Origin: Octopus sinensis
Lineage: Eukaryota
NCBI RefSeq assembly: GCF_006345805.1
Contig: NC_043018.1
Location: 14,942,001-15,006,000 of the forward strand
Direction: 5' to 3'
Length of the DNA stretch: 64,000 bases
The position numbers were made by a program, and so were the translations under genes. The notes beneath the pieces were generated by a model. It ran no database searches. It had not been told where the DNA came from and saw nothing but the letters and a program-made list of their open reading frames with translations. Within the stretch, counting starts at the first letter, position 1. The number at the start of each line of letters is the position of its first letter. Below are positions 1-14,016 of this stretch, piece after piece.

Positions 1-316
1 TCCAACAATCAAGTCTCTACCAGGAGCTTTTCCATTCGGGAGTTTCTGGATCGCAGTTGTATGTATGTATGTATTTATGTACATATGTACGTATGTACGT
101 ATGTACATACGTACATTCTCTCTCCATTTTTTCCTCTCCATCCTTTCTGTCAAAGAGCCATAGCCTCAAAACATCAAAGACTTTTCCATTCTTCCCGAGC
201 GTCAAAACTAATACACCTTGTTATTCCCTCACTTGTCTTCATCTTTTGTTTTCTGTAAATTTGAACTATTTTTTTTACTTGTTTTAGTCACCTGACTGCA
301 GTCACACATACACATT

Positions 317-347
<31 letters not shown>

Positions 348-864
348 ACACACATCTTTTATCTTGTATCTTTAACATGTTTCAGTCATTAGACTGTGGC
401 CATGCTGGGGCAGTGCCTTAAAGGGTTTTTTACAGTCGATCAAATCGACCCCAGGAGTTATTCTTTTTAAGTCTGGTACCTACTCCATTGGTCTCCTTTG
501 CTGAACCACTAAGTTACGGTGATAAAAAGACACCAGCACCAGTTGTCACTCAGTGGTGGGGAACAAGTACAGACACAAAGACAAACACACACATAAATGT
601 ACACACACACACATATGAAACCCCTCGATCGAACAACACTGTTTACAAGGCTCTATGCTTGCAATGACCAAATATAACTACCATTGGAGCTCACACACCA
701 AGTACAGGACCACTTCTTCACCTCTTATATACACCATTCTACTTGAATAGTGGAACTGCAAATACAATATCCTTATGTATCTCACTTCTATTTTCATTCT
801 CTCACTTCCTTCTGTATTTCATATCTTCTCTACAATAATTAATACTCAGACATTTTCTCTCACC

Positions 865-917
865 GTCTCTGATGAAGGGACATATTCTATAAAATATCCC
901 AGAAACAGCTGTAAGAT
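865..917 (+). ncRNA. Type I hammerhead-like motif
   Basis: GUCU-CUGAUGA-A-GGGAcAU..AUaUCCC-A-GAAAC-AGCU-GUA/AGAU; palindromic helix III ACAGCUGU. Confidence 0.65.
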
Positions 918-1009
918 ATTTTCTTTATAAATGTTCTGAAAACTATTTATAGCCTTGGATTTTTTTTACCTCATTCTGTCAATTTATATATATATATATA
1001 TATATATAC

Positions 1010-1065
<56 letters not shown>

Positions 1066-3075
1066 CGGAAAGCTTTATGAAAATAAACAAAAGACGAAGG
1101 CAGGTGGAATACAAACAAACAATTGTATTAGTATGGCGCTCAGGAATAGACAGACAGACAGACAGACAGATAGATAGATAGATAGATACAGCATGCTTCT
1201 ATCATTTTCCATCTACCAAATCCACTCAGGAGTGTGTGTGTGTCTTTGTGTCTTTGTGTCTGTGGTTGTCCCCCACCAAAGATTTTAAAAAAGCGTTGGC
1301 GTGTTTACGTCCCTGTAACTTAGCAGTCCGGCAACAGAGAACAACAGAACAAGTACCAGACTTTACAAAAAAAATAGAAAGAAATAAGTACTGGAGTCGA
1401 TTCGTTCGACTAAAATTCTTGAAGGTGGTGCCCCAGCATGGCCATAGTCTAATGACTGAAACAGGTAAAAGATAAAAGATAAAGGATAATCGAGTATTTA
1501 TTGATGTTAATGGATAAGGAGAAAGCGGAGGAGAGAGAGAGTATAAGTGCGTGTCTGTATGTATAATGTATAGCAGCTTTAATGGTGCAACGTTTACACA
1601 GTTGGTCTTCCGTAGTATTCGAAAGCCGCCGTCTTCTCTTGAAATATACAACCGTATTTGGTCATAAGACTACCAAAGACCACGTGGTTTCAACTGGGAA
1701 GCAATAATTGTGGTGACACTCCACTCTGACTCTGCGATCTGTGACCCAGATTGGAGGCGGCGGCGGAGGCGGAGGCGGCGGCGGCGGCGGCGGCGGCTTC
1801 CCTTGTCATACGAGATGGAATCTCAGCTGTGATGACGGCGCTGCCGCCGCCGCCGCCGCCGCTGGTGGTGCTTGCTTATTGTTATGATGTAAGTTACGAC
1901 GGTCTTGGAGTTATGATGTAAGTTACGATGATGATGGTGGTGGTGGTGGTGGTGGTGGTTTATGCGATAGCAGACGTCATTGTCTGAATGGTGATGATGG
2001 TGATGATGATGGTGATGGTGATGATGATGATGATGATGGTATTGTTTACTTCCTCTTCCTCCACAAGGCAGGCAGGCAGTTTGAGCGATAGATCTCTTAC
2101 GAGGAAAGGCGTTCCAGCCATAACCATTCCATCACAAGTTACGTTGATATATGCTTTGCGGTATTCTTTCTATCTCTCTCCTCTCCTCTCTCTCTCTCTC
2201 TCTCTGTCTTTCTCACTCCCCCTCTTACGCTCCGTGTTCGAATCTCATCGAAGTCACCTTCGATTTTGATCCTTCGACGTCGATAAACAAAGCGCCAGTT
2301 GCAATCATCATCATCATCATCACCACCACCACCACCACTATCCACCACCATCATCATCATCATCTTCTTCTTTTTCTTCTTCTCTTCTTCTTCTTCTTCT
2401 TCTTCTTCTTCTTCTTCTTCCCCTCTCTCTCTCTCCCTCTCTTATCGTGTTTAGATCTGGAGAGGTCTGGGTTCCACCAGTCTTAAAATATCCAAGAAAC
2501 ACCAAACATCCTGACGACGTCCCCATGATTCTATCAGGTGGTAAGGGATTTCGCAACCACATTTCCGCTTTTAAGATGCTTAATTGTAATCAGATGAAGA
2601 ATCGGCTGCTATTTCTAGCCTGTCGAACGACTACTTAAGGGTAGAAGTTCCCTTGTTTAACACCAGGTCTGCTGCGATCGATCTGTCATCACCATCACAG
2701 CATTTTTTTCAGAGTCAGGGGAGGAAGGCCTGGATATTCAAATTCCACCGAGGTCGACTTTGCCTTTCATTCTTTCGAGGTCGATAAATTAAGTACCAGT
2801 TACGCACTCGGGGTCGATGCAATCGACTTAATCCCTTTATCTGTCCTTGTTTGTCCCCTCTGTGTTTAGCCCCTTGTGGGTAGTAAAGAAATAGATATGA
2901 AGGTGGTCAAGGTGTCGTCTAGGTGGGGTGGTCGACAATATGACTGTTGAAAAGACAAGAAGAGATGAGTGAGTGAGGGATTCCTGAATGGAAGTGGTTG
3001 GAAAGGGGCCAACTTTGAAGATCACAAGTTATGGTAGTTGTGATCAAAACAGCAGAGAGGACACTGCAGGTTTGT

Positions 3076-3315
3076 GAAGGCGGCGAGCTGGCAGAAACGT
3101 TAGCACACTGGGCGAAATGCGTAGCCGTATTTCGTCTGCCGTTACGTTCTGAGTTCAAATTCCGCCGAGGTCGACTTTGCCTTTCATCCTTTCAGGGTCG
3201 ATTAAATAAGTACCAGTTACGCACTGGGGGGGGGGGTCGATATAATCGACTTAATCCGTTTCTGTCCTTGTTGTACCCTCTGTGTTTAGCCCCTTGTGGG
3301 CAGTAAAGAAATAGG
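3076..3315 (+). mobile_element. tRNA-headed SINE family B. Other copies at about 2745-2893, 3330-3505, 8102-8333, six in 48636-50650 (+); 3935-4145, 21595-21790, 60808-61015 (-)
   Basis: ggcggcgagctggcagaa head, gagttcaaattcc B box, gcctttcatcctttcggggtcgat central domain. Confidence 0.85.
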
Positions 3316-4208
3316 TATTTCACCTTTCGTCAGCCGTTATGTTCTGAGTTCAAATTCCGCCGAGGTAGACTTTGCCTTTCGTCCTTTCAGAGTCGATTAA
3401 AAAATACCAGTTAACCACTGGGGTCGATGTAATCGACTTAATCCGTGTGTCTGTCCTTGTTTGTCCCCTCTGTGTTTAGCCCCTTGTGGGTAGTAAAGAA
3501 ATAGGTTTGTGGAGTTATAGACAGGGTGCATAGATGAGTGTTCTCATTGTTTTTGCTGTCGGGAGGGAGGCCTTTGCTGACCTTTACATTATTCATGTTG
3601 TTGATGTTTAATGCTAAGCTTCTCTTCTAGGAACAGATTTAAACCCTTTGGAATTCAGATTGTTGCAGTGGGGACATAGGGGATGGGGGTCAATAAAGTG
3701 CTGCACTAGGGAAGTAGATTGGCAAAACTGTTAGGACATCAGATTAAAATACCTTCTGGTATTTGTTGTGTTTCTATGCGTTCAGAGTTGATACATGGTT
3801 GACTTCATCCATTGCCCACCACCACCACCACCACTTGGTCCTTGAGTAGCTTTAGCAGAGTTCTCTCTGATGAAAGAACTATAGGCCGGGTTTAGGCTCA
3901 AAGGACAACTTTCATATTTCATGTGGCAAACATGGAGGAACAAGCTTGAACAGGAGACAAACAAGACAAACATGGACAGACAAAGGGATTAAGTCGATTA
4001 CATCGACCCCAGTGCGTAACTGGTACTTGTTTAATTGACCCCGAAAGGATAAAAGGCAAAGTCGACCTTGACGGAATTTGAACTCAGAACGTAGCGGCAG
4101 ACAAAATACCGCTAAGCATTTCGCCCGGCGTGCTAACGATTCTGCCAACTCACCAACTTGTCCTCTTCTTATTCTAGAAACAATACTTTCAGAACCTCCT
4201 CCACCAAT

Positions 4209-4235
4209 GGGTTAGGGTTAGGGTTAGGGTTAGGG
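4209..4235 (+). repeat. Interstitial telomere-type repeat (GGGTTA)4GGG
   Basis: Five GGG runs joined by TTA. Confidence 0.85.
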
Positions 4236-4670
4236 TAACAGAAACTATCTATGATATCAAGAGAGCCTCTTGGGTATTTAGGAGAATCTAATTCCCATGT
4301 GTCCCTTGTGGGGAAAAAACCCCCAAAAAACACTGTTCCCTTAAATATGGAGAGGATTCCCTTTCCTGGAGACCTTCATAGCAGACTTATTTCATCTTAC
4401 AAAAATTCTACCAAAGGACCTGATTACATGATCCTACAAAAGGGATTAAACCATCAGGACAGTGATAAGATCACCAGAAAAGTTAGAAACAGCAGCCAAA
4501 TCTCCCTCAAATCATTTTCTACTGTCATAAAAAAAAACAGAAGGATGTCTTGAATAATGCAGTCAAAGATTCTCCATGTCTGGAAAAACAAGGCAGGGTG
4601 GCCATGACTGGAACATAGGCCTGTTGGATCAGAGTTCACCACCACCACCCCTGTCACCACCACCACCACC

Positions 4671-4726
<56 letters not shown>

Positions 4727-5274
4727 AGATGTTATGAACAGTGTCCAAGAATCTCAAATATTTTTTATCGAGATTACAAAGATAGGCAAAACCTGGAATA
4801 ATGTCAAGGTCAATACGGCCTGACCTCTCTGATTCCATTAATGGCTCAAGTGTTCTAAGGTAATAAAATGCCATCATTGTTCCATTCCTCACCAAACCAT
4901 CCACAAAGGTTACGTATTTTTAACATCTTCAAGCTTCCCAATATAACTTGAAGTCATTCAGTTTCAAACTATATTCTATGCGTATGCTCTCATAAATATA
5001 GACATATACATATTTATGTGTGTGTATGTGTGTGTGTAGCTATGCACATACACATAATATACTTTAAAATATACTTATATAATATATGCATAAAGTTAAC
5101 ATGTATAATCTATGTATAAGGTGCAGGCATGGCTGTGTGGTAAGAAGCTTGCTTCCCAACCACATGGTTCTGGGTTCAGTCCCATGGTACCTTGGGCAAG
5201 TGTCTTCTATATAGCCTTGGGCTGACCAAAACCTTGTGAGTAGATTTGATAGATGGAAACTGAAAAATGCTTAT

Positions 5275-5320
<46 letters not shown>

Positions 5321-5547
5321 CCAACTGATCGTGGCTGTTGCCAGCCTCCCCTGGCACCTGTGCCGGTGGCATGTAAAAAGCACCCACTACACTCACGGAG
5401 TGGTTGACGTTAGGAAGGGCATCCAGCTGTAGAAACACTGCCAGATCAGACTGAAGCCGGTGCAGCCTCCTGGCTTCCCAGACCCCGGTCGAACTGTCCA
5501 ACCCATGCTAGCATGGAAAACGGACGTTAAATGATGATGATGATGAA

Positions 5548-5578
<31 letters not shown>

Positions 5579-6119
5579 AATATATATGCTCTTTTATTTG
5601 TTTCACTCATTTGACTGCAGCCATGCTGGAGCACCACCTTTAGTCGGACAAATTGACCCTAGGACTTATTCTCTGTAAGCCTAGTACTTGTTTTATCGAT
5701 TTCTTTTGCTGAACCACTAAGTTATGGGGAAATAAACACACCAACATCGGCTGTCAAGCGATGGCATCATTTATATGTACATATATATGTTGGTATTTAT
5801 GTATGGAGGCACAATGGCCCAGTGGTTAGGGCAGCGGCATCGCAGTCTTAGGATCACGGTTTCAATTCCCAGACCAGGTATTGTGAGTGTTTATTGAGCA
5901 AAAACACTTAAGGATCCATGAGGCTCCAGCAGGGGGGGGGGGGTGGCGATTCCTGCTGTACTCTTTCGCCACAACTTCCTCTCACTCTTTCTTCTGTTGG
6001 CCTGCTCGCTTAGCCAGCGGGGTGGCATCATTTGAAGGCTAAAACAATGCGAAGCGCATTGTGACCAGCGATGTGTTGCAACATCTGATAGCCTGATCGG
6101 TCACGTGATCATGTGATGT

Positions 6120-6605
6120 ATGTATACCATCATCATCATTGCTTAATGTCCGTTTACCATGCTGGCATTGGGTTGGAAGATTTAACAGGAGCTGGCCAGC
6201 CAGGGAGTTGTCCAGACTCCAGTTGTCTCTTGTGGCTTGGTTTCAAAGGCTGGATGCTCTTCCTAACACCAACAATTTTACAGAGGGTGCTGGGTGCTAT
6301 GTGCATACCACCAGCGTGGGTGTGTCTACACAGCACCAACATGAGTGCATTCTATGTGGCACCAACTTCTGCAACGGACAAGCCTGTCTGTATGGGTGGC
6401 ACCGATTTTACTTAGCCTGGTGCATCTTCTCAAGTACAGCCAATGACCATAGCTTTTGGTCCCTCAACGTCTGAAGGTCCTTTCTCACCACTTTGTCCCA
6501 CATCTTCCCGAGTCTACCCCTTCCATAGGTTCCCGCCACAATTAGAGCTTGTGACTTGTTTTATGCAGCTGTCCTCATCCATACGCCTCACATGACCATA
6601 CCAGT
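6120..6605 (-). mobile_element. Short 3' fragment of the same RTE family
   Basis: Similar to 22540-22700 and ends in the (CAT)n tail. Confidence 0.65.
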
Positions 6606-6659
6606 GCACTCAAGGTAGAGCTATTCATTATAAGACACAATGAATCACGGAATGACAAC

Positions 6660-7068
6660 CAGTGCATATTGGGACTCAAGTATCTGCCAAAGAAGCTTGA
6701 GAGGCGGTTGGATGGAACCTACACTCGCCTCCTTATGAGAGCTCAAAATCTCTCGTGGAAGCGCCATCCAACCAAAATGCAAATATATGGGAAACTACCA
6801 CCTAAGTCATCTCTTGTGAAAGGTAGGATAGTCCAGTTTGCTGGACATTGTTGTAGAGCTGGAAAAGAAGTAATTCCTACTCTTCTCCTCTGGAAGCCAT
6901 CTACTCGCAATACCAGAGGGCACACACACTCCTACCCGGATGTAATCTCCAGGGATACAGGCTACCAGCAACAGGACCTCCGTAATGCTATGATGGACCG
7001 TGAAGTCTGGTGTAACATAGTAAATTCCATTGTCTCGACCACGGTTGAACAATAATGATGATGATGAT
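6660..7068 (+). mobile_element. 3' end of a second RTE-like LINE family
   Basis: [24 protein letters not shown]...FAGHC...[15 protein letters not shown], then (GAT)n. Confidence 0.8.
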
Positions 7069-7456
7069 CTGCCAAAGACTTGTTTAGAAACCCAAGGTCA
7101 GTCAAAATGCAAAACTGGTGTCCAGGACAGATGTGACCTACCTTACAAAGAGTGACCTATGGAAGGATCAATGGAGAATTAATTGGTTTGCAGTGTGTTC
7201 AATATATCTGATTGAACAATTGTCACAGGAAGAAGAAAATATATCGATCATTTATATTCTACAATAAAAAATCCACATTAACGAGCGAAGAAAATAAATA
7301 TTGTGCTGGCCATTTCATGAGAAACTAAATATTGATAATCAATAAAGAATAATGGATTGAACTCAGCCATTTGTGGAAATGAGAAGGAGAGGAATTGGTA
7401 CAGTTCCAGGTATTAGTTTAATTAACCATAAAATAAAAGGTATACGATTGTAAAAC

Positions 7457-7494
<38 letters not shown>

Positions 7495-7649
7495 ATGTAC
7501 ACACACATGCATGAATGTGTGTGTGCATGTGTATGTATGTGTGTGCATGTGTATGTATGTGTGTGCATAAGTAAAACTAAAAACATGATGTAGTCACAAA
7601 AGCAACAACCATTAAAAGAGTTAAAGAGGGTATATATGAATGTCTGTGT

Positions 7650-7655
7650 GTATAT

Positions 7656-7693
<38 letters not shown>

Positions 7694-9340
7694 TATCATC
7701 ATCATCATTTAACTTTTGTTGTCCATGCTGGTAATAGGTTGGATGGTTTGACCAGGGTTGGCAAGCTAGAAGCCTGCACCAGACACCAATCTGATTTGGC
7801 ATGGTTTCTATGGTTGGATGTCCTTCCTAATGCCAACCACTCCGAGATTGTAATGGCTGCTTTTACATGCCACTGGCACAAGTGCCATTTGCAAGACACT
7901 GGTATCTGCCATGACTGGTTTTACTTGGATTGACGGGTCTTTTTCTTAAGCATGGCATAATGCCAAATGGACTCGGTCATTGCCTCCATGAGGCACAACA
8001 CTCGAAGCATGGCATAATGCTAAATGGTTTCAGTTCTTGCCTGCCAATGCTCAAAAGGTGTTTTTAAATGCCCCCGGCACAAGTGCCATTTGTGTGACAA
8101 AGGCGGCGAGCTGGCAGAAACGTTAGCATGTCGGGCAAAATGCTTAGCGGTATTTCGTCTGCCGTTACGTTGTGAGTTCAAATTCCGCCGAGGTCGACTT
8201 TACCTTTCATCCTTTCGGGGTCGATAAATTAAGTACCAGTTACGCACTGGGGTCGATGTAATCGACTTAAAACCTATGTCTGTCCTTGTTTGTCCCCTCT
8301 GTGTTTAGCCCCTTGTGGGCAATAAAGAAATAGGTATCTGCTATGACTGTGATTTTATTTGACTTGATGGGTCTTCTACTCAAGCACAACATATTGCCAA
8401 AGATTTCGGTCATTGCCTCTGTGAAGCCCAACATTCAAAAGGAGCTCAACCACTTTGCCTCTGTGAGGCCCAAAGCTCAAAAGATGTTTTTTACAAGCCA
8501 CCTGCATGGGTGCTGGTTCTGTGTCAGCAGCATCAGCAATGACTGATTTCACTTGGCTTGATGGGTCCTCTCAAGCACAGCCCATTGCCAAAGGTCTCGG
8601 TCTCTAGTCATTGCCTCTGTGAGGCCCAAAGTTCAGAGATCATGCTTTACCACCTCATCCCATATCTTCCTGGGTCTACCTCTATCACAAGTTCCCACCA
8701 CAGTTAAAGATCGGCACTTCCTTACACAGCTGCCCTCATCCATACACATCACATGACCATACCATTCTTCTCTCTTGCGTACCACATCTGATACCTCTTA
8801 TGGTTAACTTTTCTCTCAAGATGCCTACACTCTGCTGAACATGCACACTGACATTGCACATCCAGCCAAGCATACTGGCTTCATTTCTTTCAAGCCTATG
8901 CATGTCCTCTGCAGTCACAGCCCATGTTTCACTGCCATGTAGCATAGCAGTTCACACACAGGCATCAAACAATCTACTTTTCACTCTGAGAGAGAGGCTC
9001 TTTGTTACCAGCAGAGGCAGGAGCTCTCTAAACTTTGCCCAGCCTAATCTTAGGAGCATCCACGTCAACTACTAACTTGGTCAGTTAGGTAACAGAAACT
9101 ATCTGCTACCTCTAGCTTACCCCCATGGCAGTTGATCGAGTCTATTTTCTGTACGTTTTCAGTGTTTATTGTACCTGTGCATCTACCACACACAAAAGCT
9201 ATCTTCCCTGTTAACCTTCCTCTGATATTGCTGCACCTTTTATGTGTCCAAAGCTTACACCAGAATTCTGCCTGAGCGACCCTCTTATGAAGAGGTTCAG
9301 TGTTATTGTGTTCTGAAAATACATCCATTTTAATCAGGAC
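7650..9340 (-). mobile_element. 5'-truncated RTE LINE of the same family as 22075-23448, interrupted by a SINE at 8102-8333
   Basis: MLHGSETWAVTAEDMHRLERNEASMLGWMCNV; shared 3'UTR and (CAT)n on the plus strand. Confidence 0.8.
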
Positions 9341-9473
9341 ATAAAACTGCTCTTCCCTATTAATACTGCATCTGTCACTAATATTTATATTCACGTACAA
9401 ATATGTATACATGTATGTATGTATGTATCCATTCATTCATCCATCCATCTATCTGCCTGCCTGCCTGCCTGCC

Positions 9474-9512
<39 letters not shown>

Positions 9513-9517
9513 GTCTG

Positions 9518-9595
<78 letters not shown>

Positions 9596-9662
9596 ACCTG
9601 TTACTCTGAATTTCGCGTTGCTGTTCACCAGACAGTTTTTGCTAGAATCAGACAGATTTTGC

Positions 9663-9735
<73 letters not shown>

Positions 9736-10038
9736 TTACTTAATCATTGTTATATGTTTTATCTTATATTTAATCTTTCTATAATATGTAATTTTTCTAA
9801 ATGGTATAATTTAATTTTTCATTATTGAATTGATAAAAGGTGGGTTTTTTTCTAATTTATATATATATAATGAAAATAAGCAACAAGGATATCCTTGTTG
9901 CTTATTTTGATTTTAATCACCTTATTTTGAAATTGCATGGATAATACCGTACTAAATTCTGGTGCCTTTAACTTAAGTACCATATTCATCTGAATCTAAA
10001 TTTTTGCTTATATACATATACATAGAGAGATAGAGAGT

Positions 10039-10069
<31 letters not shown>

Positions 10070-10150
10070 GGAGGGAGAGAAAAATATATGCATACACACA
10101 TATACACACATGCTCATGCACACGCACACACACACACACACACACACATG

Positions 10151-10181
<31 letters not shown>

Positions 10182-11849
10182 GCATAAATTACTTCATTCA
10201 AATCACTTCAAAGTGATGTGGCGCAAGAGATTAAGAGGCCAACAATGGCCAACACATTGACTCACACCTGAACAGGTGTCATAAACAATTAATTTATTGT
10301 TAGTATCGTTACTGCTGCTGCTGTTGTTTTTTGTTGTTGTTGTTGTTGTCATTGTCGTTATTATTTAATTACCATAGAGTCTTGAGAGAAACACCAAACA
10401 TTATTTACATCTAATTAAGACCAGCTTTCCCAGCTAACAAAGAACTAATTAATTCCACTGAACTCCTCTTGACCTTGTGAGGGAACTACCACATGGTTGG
10501 CTGATCTGCAAGAAGTAGCAGACGTTTATCTCAAATCATTATTTATTGTCTTCAAGAAACGAAGGACGTAAGAGAACAGTGTTCTAGAGGCACCACATTT
10601 ATGAAAAACAAAGACAGGATTGTCATAGCTGGAATGTCTACTTGGTTAGGGTTGACCTAGGGTTAAACAAAACCAGCCTGAGTGGAGGCGCAATGGCACA
10701 GTGGTTAGGGCAGCGGACTCATGGTCGTAAGAACGCGGTTTCGATTCCCAGACCAGTCATTGTGAGTGATTTATTGAACAAAAACACCTAAGCTCCTTGA
10801 GGCCCCGGCAGGATAGGGTGGTGAACCCTGCTGCACTCTTTCACCACAACTTTCTCTCACTCTTTCTTCCTACTTCTGCTACAAAGCAGAGGAACCATGG
10901 TGTAACCCACTATGGTGTGGTAAACTTTCAGACCCTGGTCTAGAGTGCGAATCCTCTGTACCCTAGGAGGTTTCAGCTCTCCACCCATTAAAGCCATTTT
11001 ACGGAATGAGGATAAACAAATAGCTTTGCGCCCGTGCAACCGCCAGTCTATTGTGTGCGGTGGGTGGGTCTTCAAGTCGCCACACGCAGTCTTAGTAGCT
11101 TAGAGTACGGCTCGAATAGAGATTATTCTTTGTGGCTAATGGTGTGAGTCTGATTGGAAGAAGAAGAAGAAGAAGAAGAAGAAGAAGAAGAAGAAGAAGA
11201 AGAAGAGAAGAAGGAAGAGGAAGGAGGAGAGGCGAAGAGAAGAGGAGAGTAGAAGAAGAAGAAGAGAAGAAAGAAGAGAAGAAGAAGAAGAAGAAGAAGA
11301 CAACAGTCAAAAACAATAACAACACTATAAGGAAGACTGCAGTTCGGTACCTCTGTGTGGTGGCTCGACTGTTAGAAATAGCAGTCAAATGAAACACCAT
11401 CTGCTTGAAATGTAACAAAATACCTTTTTGAAACCTTTTGTCTCATGTTCTGACAATTTTACCAATGAATGGCCTGGGCATCAGACAAATCTAGGTTTTG
11501 TCCCATCGTCTCTGCATTTCAAATTAAGGGTTTTTCGCTCCAGTGGAGAAATTGATATTTACATCAAACATCATTTCATATTTCAAACATTTATTTTCTA
11601 AAAGAATATTTACAGCAGTTGAAGATAAAGAAAATAAGATTCAAAAATAGACAATTCTTTAACAAGTCTCAAAGACAGACTTTAAAACTGGAGAATACAC
11701 ACAACATAGAGGTCCTTTCGGAGAATATTCAAAAGAGTCTAACACACACACACACACACACACATAAGTCCAAGAGTTTTGCAGATTGGCACAAGTGCTA
11801 ATGCACAAAACACTTGGACCTTGAGTCACTCTGATACTTCTGCTAAATA

Positions 11850-11886
11850 TTAATATGCATGTTGGTGTATATATATATATTTATGT

Positions 11887-11953
<67 letters not shown>

Positions 11954-12281
11954 ATTTATGTATATATATATATGGGGTGTGTGTGTATATATATATATAT
12001 ATATTATATACATATAAGAATATGTTATATTTTTGTTGTTCTTTTGTTGTTACTTTTATATTATTATATGAAGATATATATATATATATATATGCATATA
12101 TATGCATATATATGTATGTATGTATATATGTATATAGTAATCATATATATATTATATAGATAATATATATATAATAACAACTATAATATATAAATATATA
12201 TATATATCTATATATATTATAATATATATAATATATATATATATAAATCATATATATATATATATATAATATATATATATC

Positions 12282-12314
<33 letters not shown>

Positions 12315-12477
12315 ATGTATATAATATATAATATGTATAATATATACATGCATACACACATGCATATACACAGACACACACACACACATACATATATAAA
12401 TATATATGTATGTATATATATTTATACGTATAGTTATATATATATATATATATATGCATGCACATACATATGTGGTG

Positions 12478-12522
<45 letters not shown>

Positions 12523-12560
12523 TTTATAGACGTATAACATGTATATATGTATGTATTGAT
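11850..12560. repeat. Long (TA)n-rich microsatellite. Similar tracts at about 16540-16890, 18840-19110, 19780-19950, 31730-32025, 32820-33175; (TACA/CA)n at 17290-17600; (ATT)n at 50188-50480
   Basis: Directly visible; scattered single-base indels may be long-read errors. Confidence 0.95.
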
Positions 12561-13985
12561 TATTGATATGCAATGACAAAATCTATTCACCAGGATTCTA
12601 CACACATCGAATATGATATTTATTGAAAGTCATGAATGATAACAAAACATTACTTTGAGCTGCCTCAGAATATATGGATATGTTACACACACATTATATC
12701 TGATATTACATCATGCTATATCTCCACATATCACATGTATACTTCATGTAGCATACACTACCTCACACTACATAATACTCTACTTCTATGTATCACATAG
12801 CATGGTTTATTATATTTTCTGATAGCGCTTACCACACGACACATGGTACTATACTCCCAGCTACATTATGACACATCCTACTATATTTATAGCTGCCATC
12901 TGATGCATCATACTAGACATCAGCTTCATTTATAACCACATGGTTTATTATTTTGAGCTAATTCATATCACATTGAACACCAAACTCTACCACATGGGAC
13001 ACATTGTACTGTTCTATTAACAGACTAACACCAACCATGTGGTAGCAGTAGACCACATGTGGTGGGGTGTCTACCTAATCCACCACTTGTTTCTTTGAGT
13101 TCCTTCACCACTCTGTTGCAATTATTTTGACCAGATCCTTGTTTTTGGAGATCCTATCCTTTCCTCCACCAGTTCTCAAGGCCCTGAAATGCATCATGGT
13201 CACCGACCTTCCTCCTCTCACCAAAACCATAAAAAAATAAATGAAATACAGTATTATTAGCTGCCACATGTCATCTCATACAATATTTCAAGCTGCTACA
13301 TGCTACACAATTTCATATTTCTAGCTGCCACATGTGACACCACCTTGTAATTATCCAGCTGCCACATGGTAGTCCCACACATTATTTCTAGTTGCCACAT
13401 GTCATATCACAATATTTCCAGCTGTCATATGTCACACCATTTTACATTTCTCGCTGCTACATGTCATCACCATTTTATATTTCCAGTTGCTACATGTTCA
13501 CACATGCTATATTTTCAGCTGCTCCCACCCTATATAACCTTTCCCACATGTAATATTTCTGGCTACCACAGATTCCTCATCACATGGTTTCAGTACTCCC
13601 TGCCAACATGTTAAATATTTCTGATTATTAACGGAACTTTGTTACTCCAGTGAAATACTATGAATGTAATTTGTGAATTCAGCGATTATAGGACCCTTCA
13701 TGGGGGTCACATGATAACACACACTAATCCTTATAGTCTTAATTAGTGCCTGGAGTGACACAGACTTGAGTTGGCAATTATAGTTTTGTGTAAATGATTA
13801 GGGAATTTAAGAGAAATAGTTCCAAAGACTTGTCAGCAGAAGGAAATGTGTGTCCAGAAGAAGACCCTGTTGTAGAAGACCGAAGCTCAACAAATTGGGT
13901 CTGACCCCTGCAGACTTGGGAAAGGGGACATTATTATAAAGATGTTGCTGCAGCTGATGGTGGTGGTTGTGGATAATGGTGATGG

Positions 13986-14016
<31 letters not shown>

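Noticed and set aside
1-12. tccaacaatcaa also occurs near 63959
   Set aside because: 12-bp match only; chance or a shared repeat
4251-4904. ORFs 4251-4553 (+) and 4629-4904 (-) as exons of a second gene
   Set aside because: No recognisable domain or convincing splice-site pair
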